Counted from the stretch's first letter, positions 8,430 to 18,477 are shown. The stretch is 64,000 bases of DNA from Victivallaceae bacterium (GCA_045644425.1 JAZRGW010000023.1:71592-135591), one strand, 5' to 3'. Notes: a model not told the origin generated them from the sequence alone. Numbers and translations are program-made.

Positions 8430-11400
8430 ATGTTTAATAAGACCCTTTTTGTGCTCGCAGCGGCGATTTCCGCATCACTTCTGCACGCTGAAAATCTGAT
8501 CAAAAACGGAGACTTTTCCTCCGGAAAAATCGCTCCGTGGCTCACTCCTCAAGCCCGGAATCTGCATATCATAAAAGACGGTAAAATTGTTGTTTCCGGT
8601 GATCCCGGCAATAAATACAATAATTTTATCACCATGGTACAGTATCTGCCCTCTCTGGAAAAAGGTAAAAGATATCTGCTCTCTGCCGAGGCTCTGCCGC
8701 AAGTAAAGAATGTCGGCAAAAAATGGGCAAAAATCGTTATCCGTCAGGCGGATAAAAAGAATGTGACCATCAACTACACCGGTAAAAATATCGATTTGGG
8801 AAGTTCCGGACTTCAGAAATTGAATACCGTTTTCACCCCCGCCCCAAATGCGGCATCATTCCAAGTATATATCCAGAGTTCCGGATTGGAAAAAAGCGAT
8901 CTGATCACCATCGACAATATCACATTGGATATTGCTCCGGAATTGAAAGCCGATCAGGGTAATTTCGTGCAGAACGGCAGCTTTGAACATCACGATCTTT
9001 CGCCGTGGAGAAGTAATTTTTTCAAGCAGAACTTTTTCAAACTTTCCGGCGATACCGCATTCGGCAAACAGTGTCTGACCGTTACCGGAGATAAAAAATT
9101 CCGCTACAACAACTTCATCACCATGATCCAGGATCTGCCGGTACTCGATCCGGATAAAGAGTATGTGCTTTCTGCAAGGATCCGTGCCGGTCTGAAAAAT
9201 ATCAAAGGCAAAAGCGTGGAAGTTTCCATCCGTCAATCCACTGCTGCCGGTCAGACCATCAGTTACAAAGGTTTTCAGGCAAATCTGTCGGATGACAGCT
9301 GGAAATATCACGAAAAAATGTTTCAGCCCTCCAAGCTCGCCGGTAAATTTGAACTCTATATCATCGTCAAAGCTCTGGATAAGGATGATCTCGCAGCTAT
9401 TGATGAAATAAAATTGACCGTCAAAGGCGGTGAAGGTGCTGCTTTTGACCCGAAAGCAGCAGTCAAAGTGCCGGTAAAAAAACTTCAGCAGGATAATATG
9501 ACCGCTGAAATCAATACCGCTACCGGACTTCTGCATAAACTTTCCGCCGGAAATCTGCTCATCCAGCCCGGAGCCAAAGCTTCCACCGTTGTTGCCGTCA
9601 GCAATAACGGCAAATCATTTGAGCTTGACGGTAAAAATACTCCCGCAGGTGGTTTTCAGGCAAAGGCAGAGTACGATTTCAAAGACGGAATGTTCCGGGA
9701 GATCATCACGGTCAAAGCATTGCAGGATTTTTCCGACCCTGTCCGCATCGCCGTCCGTCACGGTTTTGATCAGAAATCATGGCAGAAACATATCGGGGCT
9801 TTGCGTCCCTTGAGAATCCGCGACATCAACGAAGCAACGATTTTCAGTTACAGCGAAAATACCAATGACCTCAATCCGGGGATCCTTGAGCAGTATCAGC
9901 ATACCGCTTATCCGCTGATCATTCTGGAAAGTCCGGATCACTATCTGATCGCCGGATCACGTTCTCTGGATGATTTTGTCACCCTTTCCCCCAACTACCC
10001 GGCAGGATACATCCCCTCGCTCCAGCGGAATCCGGTCAAAGTGAAAAAAGGTGATGTTTTCCGTTTTGAAAGCAACTGGAAACTTTTCAGCCGCAAAGAG
10101 GTCATGCTCCGGGATGTGTGGAGATTCTATCAGGATAATCTGCAGACTTCCGATCCGGTTCTCGGCAAGTTCTTCCCGCCTGCATTCCGGGAAAGACGCC
10201 ACTTCTACCCCGGTATTTTCGGCAGTCACACCTACTTTATGAAAGAGCGGGAAGATCGTCTGCCCGATGGTGCCAATGTCTGGTTTTACAGCTGGCACGA
10301 CAATATCCATGAACGTTATCCGGTTTCCGGTTCATGGTGGAGCAACGGCAACGCATGGAAAGAAAAAATCAACGCCGATGAACTCAAAGACTATATGAAA
10401 CGGCTGCAGAGCGAAAGAAAATTCAACCTCATCTTCTATCTGCGGCAGCTCGCCAATCTGCGTGAACGTGACCGGGGTGCTTTCCCCGATAACTGGTATA
10501 AACGTACCCCCGGCGGGGCACTCCATCTTTACGGCGGCGGATACACCGTCAAACTGCCGCAGAATGTGGCAAAAGATGTCGGTTACGACTCCATTCCGTG
10601 GGGTCAGCATAACTTCGCCAACCCCGATTTCCGGAAATTCTATCTCGATGAAATCTTTACCGCCATCAACTTCTATCAGCCCCGTGCCATCGGCTGGGAT
10701 ATGGGCAGCGATCTCCATGAATTTTCCGTAATCGCCGAAACCTATACCCGGCTCCGTAACGCAGGCGGCAAAGTCAAAGCCGTTGCCAATGAAAGTGCCG
10801 GTCCCACTCAGGCGTTTGCCGATATGGTGCTTCTGGAAAACGGTCTGCTCGGCGGCAAAAGTGCCTACGACTTTGAAATCGCCCGCACCTATACGACCAG
10901 TGTGGTCTGTCTGGAAAGATGGAATATTTTCCGCCTTGCTTTCGACAATCACACCACCGGCAGAAAAGTGTGGCTCAATAACAACGGTCTCAAAGAAAAT
11001 AAACGCTACTTTGATTATATCGTCAAAAAGCATCCGGAATTGAAAGAACAGTCAAGTCGTAACGAAACAGCCCGGCTCTGCCAGCTGCGGGCAAGCATCT
11101 ACGATCTGGCTCTCGGTGCCAGCCCCGGATATATGGAAGAAGCGAAACCGGTTCCGGAAACCCTTTTCAAAGTCGCCGGTGAAGTCAACGGCTTATTTGC
11201 AGTAAATAAAAGTTTTGCCGTCACTTTCCCCAACCGCAGCAATATTGATGGTCACAAGATCGTCAGTGCGTGGAACAATGATAAATCTTTCCGGCTGGTC
11301 GCTTTCAATGATCAGGTGCAGAATGCTGATTTCACCATCCTGCTCGACAAAAAATATTTTGCCGGTGAATCGTGGAGTCTGAAAGATATCAAAAATGGTA

Positions 11401-11528
11401 TCTGCAAAGCTGTAACCCCTGAAAATGAAAAAAATATGAGTGTTGATTTCAGCGAAAATGATTCTCACATCATCCTGAAATTCAAACTCTCCGCCTTTGA
11501 AGCATTGATGCTCAGTGCCGATAAGTGA
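8430..11528 (+). CDS. Secreted ~1030-aa protein, paralog B (divergent) of the CBM-CBM-unassigned-domain family
   Basis: Signal peptide and the same architecture and conserved blocks as paralog A: WFYSWHD..HERYP..GSWW, LYGGGY, IGWDM, ANESAGP, ENGLLGGKSAYDFE. It ends in SADK, like its paralogs (FADK). Confidence 0.85.
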   Translation: MFNKTLFVLAAAISASLLHAENLIKNGDFSSGKIAPWLTPQARNLHIIKDGKIVVSGDPGNKYNNFITMVQYLPSLEKGKRYLLSAEALPQVKNVGKKWAKIVIRQADKKNVTINYTGKNIDLGSSGLQKLNTVFTPAPNAASFQVYIQSSGLEKSDLITIDNITLDIAPELKADQGNFVQNGSFEHHDLSPWRSNFFKQNFFKLSGDTAFGKQCLTVTGDKKFRYNNFITMIQDLPVLDPDKEYVLSARIRAGLKNIKGKSVEVSIRQSTAAGQTISYKGFQANLSDDSWKYHEKMFQPSKLAGKFELYIIVKALDKDDLAAIDEIKLTVKGGEGAAFDPKAAVKVPVKKLQQDNMTAEINTATGLLHKLSAGNLLIQPGAKASTVVAVSNNGKSFELDGKNTPAGGFQAKAEYDFKDGMFREIITVKALQDFSDPVRIAVRHGFDQKSWQKHIGALRPLRIRDINEATIFSYSENTNDLNPGILEQYQHTAYPLIILESPDHYLIAGSRSLDDFVTLSPNYPAGYIPSLQRNPVKVKKGDVFRFESNWKLFSRKEVMLRDVWRFYQDNLQTSDPVLGKFFPPAFRERRHFYPGIFGSHTYFMKEREDRLPDGANVWFYSWHDNIHERYPVSGSWWSNGNAWKEKINADELKDYMKRLQSERKFNLIFYLRQLANLRERDRGAFPDNWYKRTPGGALHLYGGGYTVKLPQNVAKDVGYDSIPWGQHNFANPDFRKFYLDEIFTAINFYQPRAIGWDMGSDLHEFSVIAETYTRLRNAGGKVKAVANESAGPTQAFADMVLLENGLLGGKSAYDFEIARTYTTSVVCLERWNIFRLAFDNHTTGRKVWLNNNGLKENKRYFDYIVKKHPELKEQSSRNETARLCQLRASIYDLALGASPGYMEEAKPVPETLFKVAGEVNGLFAVNKSFAVTFPNRSNIDGHKIVSAWNNDKSFRLVAFNDQVQNADFTILLDKKYFAGESWSLKDIKNGICKAVTPENEKNMSVDFSENDSHIILKFKLSAFEALMLSADK

Positions 11529-11552
11529 TTTCATTCGAGGAAAAGATCGGCA

Positions 11553-11720
11553 ATGGAAAATTTTTACTTTGTTCAATTCACCGATATCCACATCGGTACG
11601 ATCGTCATACCGGAAATCGTTGAATTGAATCTGCAATGGGCGTTGAATGAAGTCAACAGCTTTGATCCGGCTCCCGGGAATCATCCTCTGCGGTCCGCGA
11701 AATGCCCCCAGAGGAACTGA
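11553..11720 (+). pseudogene. Relic of a metallophosphoesterase N-terminus (55 codons)
   Basis: The ATG 11553 ORF reads MENFYFVQFTDIHIGTIVIPEIVELNLQWALNEVNSFDPAPGNHPLRSAKCPQRN*. FVQFTDIHIG matches calcineurin-like phosphoesterase motif I (D-x-H), but the ORF stops before motif II (GD). It sits in the otherwise unexplained 298-nt gap between paralogs B and C. Confidence 0.4.
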
Positions 11721-11826
11721 TCCGGTAGTTTCCGGAGCATTGCAGGTACATCAGACTTTCCGGATACCTTTTGATTGATAAAAATCTGATTTATAATCTT
11801 CCATCGTAACAAAGAAAGGGAAAACA

Positions 11827-14800
11827 ATGAAAAAATTACTCGCTTTCATGCTGGCGGCTGGAACTGCCGCGGCAGCCGGTGCCGCCGATAATTTCGGTAT
11901 CAACGGCACTTTTGAAAAACTTGCCCCGTGGCGGTCTGCACAGCAGAGCGACGGCAAGGTCGTACTGCACAAAATCGTGCAGGATAACGGAAATCCCTGT
12001 CTGGAAGTTTGCGGTGATCCCCTGAACCGCCGCAATGCCAATATCATCATCGGTTCACCGATCAAAAATCTGGAAGCTGACAATACTTACTCCGTTTCCT
12101 TCCGTTACAAGCCTCAGGTCAAACCCGGAAAGAAAAAAGGATTGAAAGTCCGTGTTCAGCAGCACGATGCCAAAGGCAAAACCGTCGGTTACAACAACAC
12201 CAGTTACTTCTATGACAAAAATGAATGGCAGGATTTTATTTTCTCCTTCAAAAGCCATCCGGCTGCAGTCAAAAGTTATCTCTACATCGAAACCATTAAT
12301 CTGGAAACCACCGATAGAGTCTGGTACGATGATATCAAAATCGCCCAGACCGATCCGGCTGACCGGGGCGTGGTGATCAACGGCGGATTTGAACTGGGCG
12401 TTTTCCCGTGGATGAGCCATCAGCAGGGCGGCGGATGGAGACAGATCCACCGTATCAGTCCGGATACTCCTTTCGGTAAAAAATGTCTGGAAATCACCGG
12501 TGATACGGAAAATACCAGCAACCGGCTGATCATCCTCAATCAGAAACTTGCCGGTCTCAAAATCGGTACTCCTTACAAACTTTCCCTGCAGTTCCGTTCC
12601 AGTGTCAAAAGCGAACCCGGCCCGACCAAAGTCGTCTACGCCCGGCTCCAGCAGCTCGGTCCGCAGGGTTCATACATCATCGGTAATGAACTCCACTTTG
12701 CCCTCAACAGCGATCTCTGGACTTACCGGGAACTCACCTTTATCCCCGATAAACGTGCTTCCCAGTTCCTTATCTACATCTGCAGCGGAAATCTGAAATC
12801 CACCGATAAATTCTATATCGATGAAGTGACTATCAGTGAAGCCATCGCTCCGGGAAAACCCTTTGATGCTTCCAAAAATGCCAAAGCATTTTCCGCACAA
12901 GAGTTGAAAGATGCCCGCGGTCTGGCAAAAATCAATACCGCTGACAATACCCTCGCCGCACTGACTATCGACGGCAAAACCATCATCCCCGCCGCCGAAA
13001 ATGCCACGATGATCTTCGCCCAGCAGAATAATTATGAGGAGTACCTCGATGCCAAAGGTACTGCCGGGAAAAAACTGCCCTTCAAGGCTTCAGCAGAATA
13101 CAAATGGGTCAATGGCGAATTCCGTCAGCTCGTGACCATCACCGCCACTGCCGATGCCAGAGGACCATTTAAAATCGGTGTCCGTCACGGTCTTATCCAG
13201 AAAGATTGGAATAAACAGCTTTTCGGTCTTTTCCCGATGCGTGTTCTGCCTGCCGGTGAAGAAACTGTTTTCACTTTCAACGGTGATACCAACGACCTCA
13301 ATCTTACCCAGATGGATCTTTATCAGGGCGTGATCATGCCGCTGCAGGTCATGGAAAGCGAAAAAGCCTATCTCGCTGTTTCCAGCCACAACTACGATGA
13401 TACCATCACTTTCCGCCCCAATATCCCCAATGGTTACACTGCGGCATTTGAACGCAACCCACTGCGGGTGAAAAAGGGTGATAGCTTCCGTTTTGAAGTC
13501 AACTTCAAACTCTTTGACCGCAGCAAATTCATGCTCCGCGATGTGTGGCGTGACCAGATCTTTGCCCTTTATTCCAACCGTCCGGAACTCAAACCCTATT
13601 TCCCGGTCAAAGATCCCGGTCCCCGTGCCGTCGTTTCCGGTCCGATGGGTTCAGTTACCGGTATGATTCCCTCCCGGATCAACCGCCTTTATCCCAACAG
13701 TGCCATCTGGGAAGGCTGGCACGATACCCCCAATGAAGAATTCCCCACTTCCGGTTCCTGGTGGAGCGGAAGCAACGGCTGGGAAAAACCCTTTACCGCC
13801 GGAGCATTCAGAACACATGTAAAAAATTGTCAGGATAGAGGCTTATCCATCATCGCTTACATGCGTACTTTCTGCAATCTGGACTACGCAGGAAAACGTT
13901 TCCCCGCCAACTGGACCAGAAAAACTGCCGGCGGCGGTCTCCAGCTCTACGGCGGCGGCTACCGTGTGCAGCTGCCCAAACATGTGGAAAAAGATACCGG
14001 ACTCAAAGAAGTGGTCTGGGGTATGTTTGATACCTTCCAGCCCGGATGTCTGGATTTCCTTGTCAAACGCTTCACTAAAGTCGTCGATTACTACAAACCG
14101 TGGGCGATCGGCTGGGATTGTGCCGGTTTCGGTCCGGAAGATTTCCTGATGGTCGCCGCCATGACCCAGAAACTCCGTACCAACGGCTACAAAACCAAAG
14201 TCGTCGGCAACGAGTGTACCGGTCCCATCAATGCTTATCTTGACTGGACAATGATCGAAAACGGTTTCTTCGGAGGAAAAACTCCTTACGACTATGAAGC
14301 GATCCGTGCTTTGCCGCTGCCGGTCGCATGTCTGGAACGTTTCAACCTTTCCCGTGACATGGTCAATTTCTACCTCTACAACAAACGCACCTGGTGCCGC
14401 CCCTACGGCAAAGAGTGGAGCTGCCGCTATCTGGACTACCTCACTGCAAAACAGCCGGAATTGAAGCAGAAAGCCAACCAGAAAAAACTGGAACACCACA
14501 TGCAGCTGACCTGGTACTACAAAGACCTCTCTCTCGGTGCCCCCGGCGGTTATATGGAAGAGTGCAAACCCATTCCCGCTTCCATGGTCAAAATGTGCAG
14601 CGAAGCCAACGGTATTATCCGTATGGATAAAAGTTTCGCCATCCGTTTTCCCAATGGCAAAGAAGATGATGGCCCTCTGACTGCCTGTGCATGGGCTGAT
14701 AACAAGACCAAAAAGTTCCGTCTCGCAGGTTATAACGAGGCAAAAACCACGCAGAAATTCCGTCTGACTCTCGACAAAGCCGCCTTTGCCGACGTCCAGT

Positions 14801-14958
14801 GGAGCATGGAAGATATCGCCCGCAATCTGAAAGCTTTCATCGCCGATGTGGAAGGTGAAAAAGCGATTCAGGTCAAAACCGAAATGGTCAACGGCAATCT
14901 GGTAATTTCCTGCGATCTGCCTGCCTATACTGCACTGCTGCTTTTTGCAGACAAGTAA
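11827..14958 (+). CDS. Secreted ~1040-aa protein, paralog C (close to paralog A)
   Basis: Collinear with 4471-7596 along the full length, at roughly two-thirds identity by eye. Same motif blocks (WEGWHD, LYGGGY, IGWDC, GNECTGP, ENGFFGGKTPYDYE). Confidence 0.85.
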   Translation: MKKLLAFMLAAGTAAAAGAADNFGINGTFEKLAPWRSAQQSDGKVVLHKIVQDNGNPCLEVCGDPLNRRNANIIIGSPIKNLEADNTYSVSFRYKPQVKPGKKKGLKVRVQQHDAKGKTVGYNNTSYFYDKNEWQDFIFSFKSHPAAVKSYLYIETINLETTDRVWYDDIKIAQTDPADRGVVINGGFELGVFPWMSHQQGGGWRQIHRISPDTPFGKKCLEITGDTENTSNRLIILNQKLAGLKIGTPYKLSLQFRSSVKSEPGPTKVVYARLQQLGPQGSYIIGNELHFALNSDLWTYRELTFIPDKRASQFLIYICSGNLKSTDKFYIDEVTISEAIAPGKPFDASKNAKAFSAQELKDARGLAKINTADNTLAALTIDGKTIIPAAENATMIFAQQNNYEEYLDAKGTAGKKLPFKASAEYKWVNGEFRQLVTITATADARGPFKIGVRHGLIQKDWNKQLFGLFPMRVLPAGEETVFTFNGDTNDLNLTQMDLYQGVIMPLQVMESEKAYLAVSSHNYDDTITFRPNIPNGYTAAFERNPLRVKKGDSFRFEVNFKLFDRSKFMLRDVWRDQIFALYSNRPELKPYFPVKDPGPRAVVSGPMGSVTGMIPSRINRLYPNSAIWEGWHDTPNEEFPTSGSWWSGSNGWEKPFTAGAFRTHVKNCQDRGLSIIAYMRTFCNLDYAGKRFPANWTRKTAGGGLQLYGGGYRVQLPKHVEKDTGLKEVVWGMFDTFQPGCLDFLVKRFTKVVDYYKPWAIGWDCAGFGPEDFLMVAAMTQKLRTNGYKTKVVGNECTGPINAYLDWTMIENGFFGGKTPYDYEAIRALPLPVACLERFNLSRDMVNFYLYNKRTWCRPYGKEWSCRYLDYLTAKQPELKQKANQKKLEHHMQLTWYYKDLSLGAPGGYMEECKPIPASMVKMCSEANGIIRMDKSFAIRFPNGKEDDGPLTACAWADNKTKKFRLAGYNEAKTTQKFRLTLDKAAFADVQWSMEDIARNLKAFIADVEGEKAIQVKTEMVNGNLVISCDLPAYTALLLFADK

Positions 14959-14977
14959 TTTTCTGATAAATCACAAT

Positions 14978-15018
14978 ATCAGCCGTTTTTACGCAATTGG
15001 AGAAACGGCTGATTTTTT
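14978..15018 (+). terminator. Rho-independent terminator closing the 1-15 kb operon
   Basis: Stem ATCAGCCGTTT / AAACGGCTGAT followed by a T6 run, 20 nt after the paralog C stop. Confidence 0.8.
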
Positions 15019-15133
15019 ATCCATGAATAGACGGTGACGGACAAAATATCACACTTTTTTCAAAAGTTATACTTGTTATATAACAATGGATAAATTATAT
15101 TAATGAGATGTATAATTTTGACATGGAGACGTT

Positions 15134-17134
15134 ATGAATAAACTCAATAAATTTCTGGTTCCATATTATCTTGCAATCTTCATTATTTTTATTTTGTCCG
15201 ATACCCTTTTTACCCTGCATATCCAGTCATGGGGGATTGCGACACTGCTGATAATCCTGCCCTCGCTGATATTTTATCCATTCATCCAACTGCTTCCAGC
15301 GGTGATAATTTCACAACTTGCCGGAGTTCTCACCCGTAAACAGGAAAAAATGCAGAAAATCCTGACCGGAATACTAACCGTAGTACCGGTATATTTCATA
15401 CACCTGTTTTTACTGCTGGATGCAGGATTGTATTTCCGTTACGGATATCATGTAAACCCCCATGTGATAAATATTTTTACCACTCCCGGCGGTTTTGAGG
15501 GTATGGGGATGCGTCCCAATGAAATCGCCATGCTGGCAGCGGGAATCGTGATACTGGCCCTTGTACATGCCGGTATTTTCATTCTCTTTTCGAAAGTGGA
15601 AAAACTGCATTCCCGCAAACTTTCATCATGGAAAACCATAGTATTTCTGCCGGTGCTTGCGGCATTATCCTTTGCAATATCTTATTTCACCTATACATAT
15701 TCCCATTATACCATGGATTCAGCCCCGCTTCTTGCTGCAGAAAGCATTCCCTATTATATCAAAGGAACTTCCGGTTCTCTCTATAAAGCCCTGGGAGTAA
15801 GGAAACCGGAAAGGGAAACTCTCGTTATCAGAGTCAACCGTGATTCCGCTTTACAGGCATATCCGGCAGTACCGGTCAGCCGGAAAAAAGAATACAAAAA
15901 ATATAATGTTTTATGGCTTGCCTGTGAATCATGGGCAGCACGGCTTTTTTCGCCTGAAATCATGCCCAATACGGCAAAATTTGCGAAAAAGGGAATCATT
16001 TTCAAAAAACATTATTCCGGCGGCAATGTCACCCGTCAGGGAGTTTTTTCCATGTTCTACGCTCTGCCCGGCAGTTATTGGCACTCTTTCCTCGCCGCCC
16101 GCCGTTCTCCGCTATTTATCGACTGGCTCAAGGAAGACGGTTATGAATTTGAGTGTATCACCTCCAGCAAATTCACTTATCCGGAATTCGATCAGACAGT
16201 CTTTGCTTCCGTGAAACAGAACGATCTGCACAGCGATTACAGCGGCTTTTCCTACGAAAGAGATCAGCGTAATGTAAAAAGATTGATAAAATCTATTGAA
16301 GAAAGTGCCGTTTCCGGAAAACCGGCTTTCAACTTCATGTTTTTTGAATCCTGCCATCACCCTTACAGTTTCCCGGCAGATGCGGAACTTTACAAAGATT
16401 TCATAAATCCTTTCAATGCAGTAAATGCCACGGCGGATAATAAAGATGCCATATTCAAGCGTGCTGCCAATGCCGCACATCATCTGGATATGCGTCTGGG
16501 GGAAGTTTTCAAAACTCTTGAAGAAAAAGATCTTCTGAAAAATACCATTGTTGTAATCGCCGGTGATCACGGGGAGGAATTTTTTGAAAAAGGCCGCCTC
16601 GGTCACAGTTCAGCATTCAATAATGAACAAACCCGAACCACCCTGATCCTCTACTATCCCGGAATCAAACCCGGAATTTATGAAAAAATAAGCAGTCATC
16701 TGGATATCGTGCCGATGCTGGCGGGATTTTTCGGAGTGGAAAATCCTCCGGAAGATTACTCCTGCGGAATAAATCTGCTTTCTCCGGATGCACCGGAAAG
16801 AAATTATGCCCTCATCGCAAACTGGGATGAACTCTTTTTTGCCGGCAAAAAATATAAATCATACATACCGCTGGATGCCGATGATTATGCAAAGCAGATC
16901 ATTACCGATGCGGATGACCGAGAACTTGCTGATGTGACTCCTTTTTACAAAGAATACAAAAATGAGTTGATCAAAGTTCAGAAAGATGTAACCAGATTTA
17001 CTGCTCCGGTCAAAAAATCCGGCAATTCCGGAAAATCCGGTTTACCGCTGCCGGTAATCGCAGTGATCGCTGTTGCAGTGACCGCTGCATTGCTGACCGC
17101 GATACGCATTTTGAAGAAAAATAAACTTAAATAA
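15134..17134 (+). CDS. Membrane-anchored sulfatase/alkaline-phosphatase superfamily protein (YejM/DUF3413-like)
   Basis: About 5 N-terminal TM helices, then a sulfatase-fold domain (ESCHHPYSFP, IAGDHGEEF). There is an extra C-terminal hydrophobic helix, LPLPVIAVIAVAVTAALLTAIRILKKNK. Confidence 0.75.
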   Translation: MNKLNKFLVPYYLAIFIIFILSDTLFTLHIQSWGIATLLIILPSLIFYPFIQLLPAVIISQLAGVLTRKQEKMQKILTGILTVVPVYFIHLFLLLDAGLYFRYGYHVNPHVINIFTTPGGFEGMGMRPNEIAMLAAGIVILALVHAGIFILFSKVEKLHSRKLSSWKTIVFLPVLAALSFAISYFTYTYSHYTMDSAPLLAAESIPYYIKGTSGSLYKALGVRKPERETLVIRVNRDSALQAYPAVPVSRKKEYKKYNVLWLACESWAARLFSPEIMPNTAKFAKKGIIFKKHYSGGNVTRQGVFSMFYALPGSYWHSFLAARRSPLFIDWLKEDGYEFECITSSKFTYPEFDQTVFASVKQNDLHSDYSGFSYERDQRNVKRLIKSIEESAVSGKPAFNFMFFESCHHPYSFPADAELYKDFINPFNAVNATADNKDAIFKRAANAAHHLDMRLGEVFKTLEEKDLLKNTIVVIAGDHGEEFFEKGRLGHSSAFNNEQTRTTLILYYPGIKPGIYEKISSHLDIVPMLAGFFGVENPPEDYSCGINLLSPDAPERNYALIANWDELFFAGKKYKSYIPLDADDYAKQIITDADDRELADVTPFYKEYKNELIKVQKDVTRFTAPVKKSGNSGKSGLPLPVIAVIAVAVTAALLTAIRILKKNKLK

Positions 17135-17136
17135 CC

Positions 17137-17736
17137 ATGCTTATCCTGCAAAAAATCTCATCTGCAGAAACCAGAGTCAAAAATTCCCGTTTTCTGGCAG
17201 AAGCCATTCCGGTATCATCACCGGAAGAGGCAAAAGATTTGTGGCACTGGCGAAAAGAAAATTATGATAATGGCGGACATATCGTCTACGCATTTACGAC
17301 CGGAAATCAGCAGAATATTTCCGGCTGTTCTGATGACGGCGAACCATCCGGAACCGCCGGAAGACCGGTGCTGGCGGTTCTGCTGGGCAGCGGATTGACC
17401 AATACTCTTATCACTGTTGCCCGCTGGTTCGGCGGCACGAAACTCGGTACCGGCGGTCTGGTCCACGCTTACAGTGAAGCGGCAAAAGCTGCCATCGAAG
17501 CGGCTCAAACCATCGAATTGATCCCGATGAACCGGATCAGTTTCTGTGTATCTTACAATATTTATGCCAGCTGCAAAAAATTTCTGGATTCCATCGGCTT
17601 CAATTCTGAAAATGAGGAGTTTGCCGCAGAAATAAATATTACCGGCACCATTCCCCGTGACGCCGCAGCATCCCTTGAGGATTTTTTACAGGAACTCGGC
17701 AATGGAAAAATCATCTGCCGCCAATTGGAACTTTGA
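17137..17736 (+). CDS. yigZ: IMPACT/YigZ-family protein
   Basis: SRFLAEA...GGHIVYAF...CSDDGEPSGTAGRPVLAVL...TVARWFGGTKLGTGGLVHAY matches the UPF0029/YigZ signature. Confidence 0.75.
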   Translation: MLILQKISSAETRVKNSRFLAEAIPVSSPEEAKDLWHWRKENYDNGGHIVYAFTTGNQQNISGCSDDGEPSGTAGRPVLAVLLGSGLTNTLITVARWFGGTKLGTGGLVHAYSEAAKAAIEAAQTIELIPMNRISFCVSYNIYASCKKFLDSIGFNSENEEFAAEINITGTIPRDAAASLEDFLQELGNGKIICRQLEL

Positions 17737-17748
17737 TCGGTAATTTTT

Positions 17749-18477
17749 TCAGAAACGACCTTCAATAAAGAACTTACGGATCAAAAGTGCAGTTTCTTTA
17801 TCATACTGCATGCCCACATGATGAGCTTTCACATAGACCGCAGCTTTGGCATCAGGAGCGTGAGCGGAGGAACTTTCCACCAAACCGTCGGAATCCGGGC
17901 TGAGAAAAAGTTTCCCGGGCCAATGGCCGTTATTGGTGCTGATGATCACACCGATTTCCAAACCGGGGATATCCGGAGTGGTCAGCTTCTTTCTTGCGGC
18001 AAGTTTCAAGGCGTGCAGCGGCTTCCAGATTTTTCCCGCACCGGGGATCATCAGGGCGATATCCGCAAGTTTCGATCCGGCATGCGGAGTCCCGACACAC
18101 ACCAGACGCTTCACATTCGGCAGTTTGCTTTTTTGCAGATATTCCCTTGCAAGCAATCCGCCCATGCTGTGACCGGCAATATAAACGGCAGAATATTTTT
18201 CCGGCTCCTTTGCGGCAATAACATCGCTCAGGACTTCCAGACAACGCTCAAAACTTTCAAAAACCGTCGGCAGATCGGGGGTCAACACATCAGTATTTTC
18301 CATAGACAGGTGTTTTTTCCAGAACTGCATATCCACTGCTCCTTTATGAAAACCGTGGATCAATATCACCAGGTTTCTGCCATTTGCCGACATGTTTTTA
18401 TTCCCCCCCTGCTCTGCTGCCTGAATTTGAAAAACAAGTGAAAATAAAAAAATTATTCCGAAAAACAGACGGTTCAT
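17749..18477 (-). CDS. Secreted alpha/beta hydrolase (lipase/esterase, PGAP1-like)
   Basis: Signal peptide, LVILIHGF, the nucleophile elbow GHSMGG, and VGTPHAGS. Confidence 0.75.
   Translation of the reverse strand: MNRLFFGIIFLFSLVFQIQAAEQGGNKNMSANGRNLVILIHGFHKGAVDMQFWKKHLSMENTDVLTPDLPTVFESFERCLEVLSDVIAAKEPEKYSAVYIAGHSMGGLLAREYLQKSKLPNVKRLVCVGTPHAGSKLADIALMIPGAGKIWKPLHALKLAARKKLTTPDIPGLEIGVIISTNNGHWPGKLFLSPDSDGLVESSSAHAPDAKAAVYVKAHHVGMQYDKETALLIRKFFIEGRF

Noticed and set aside
11193-11684. 163-aa minus-strand ORF spanning the end of paralog B and the spacer
   Set aside because: It is mostly antisense to a supported CDS. The spacer is better explained by the + strand phosphoesterase relic.
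17818-18441. Antisense or alternative ORFs: 17818-18441, 30452-31240, 47309-47893, 51882-52658, 53742-54293, 56243-57127 and 57880-58452
   Set aside because: Each overlaps almost the entire length of a minus-strand gene that has a signal peptide and/or catalytic motifs. None has its own RBS or recognisable domains.
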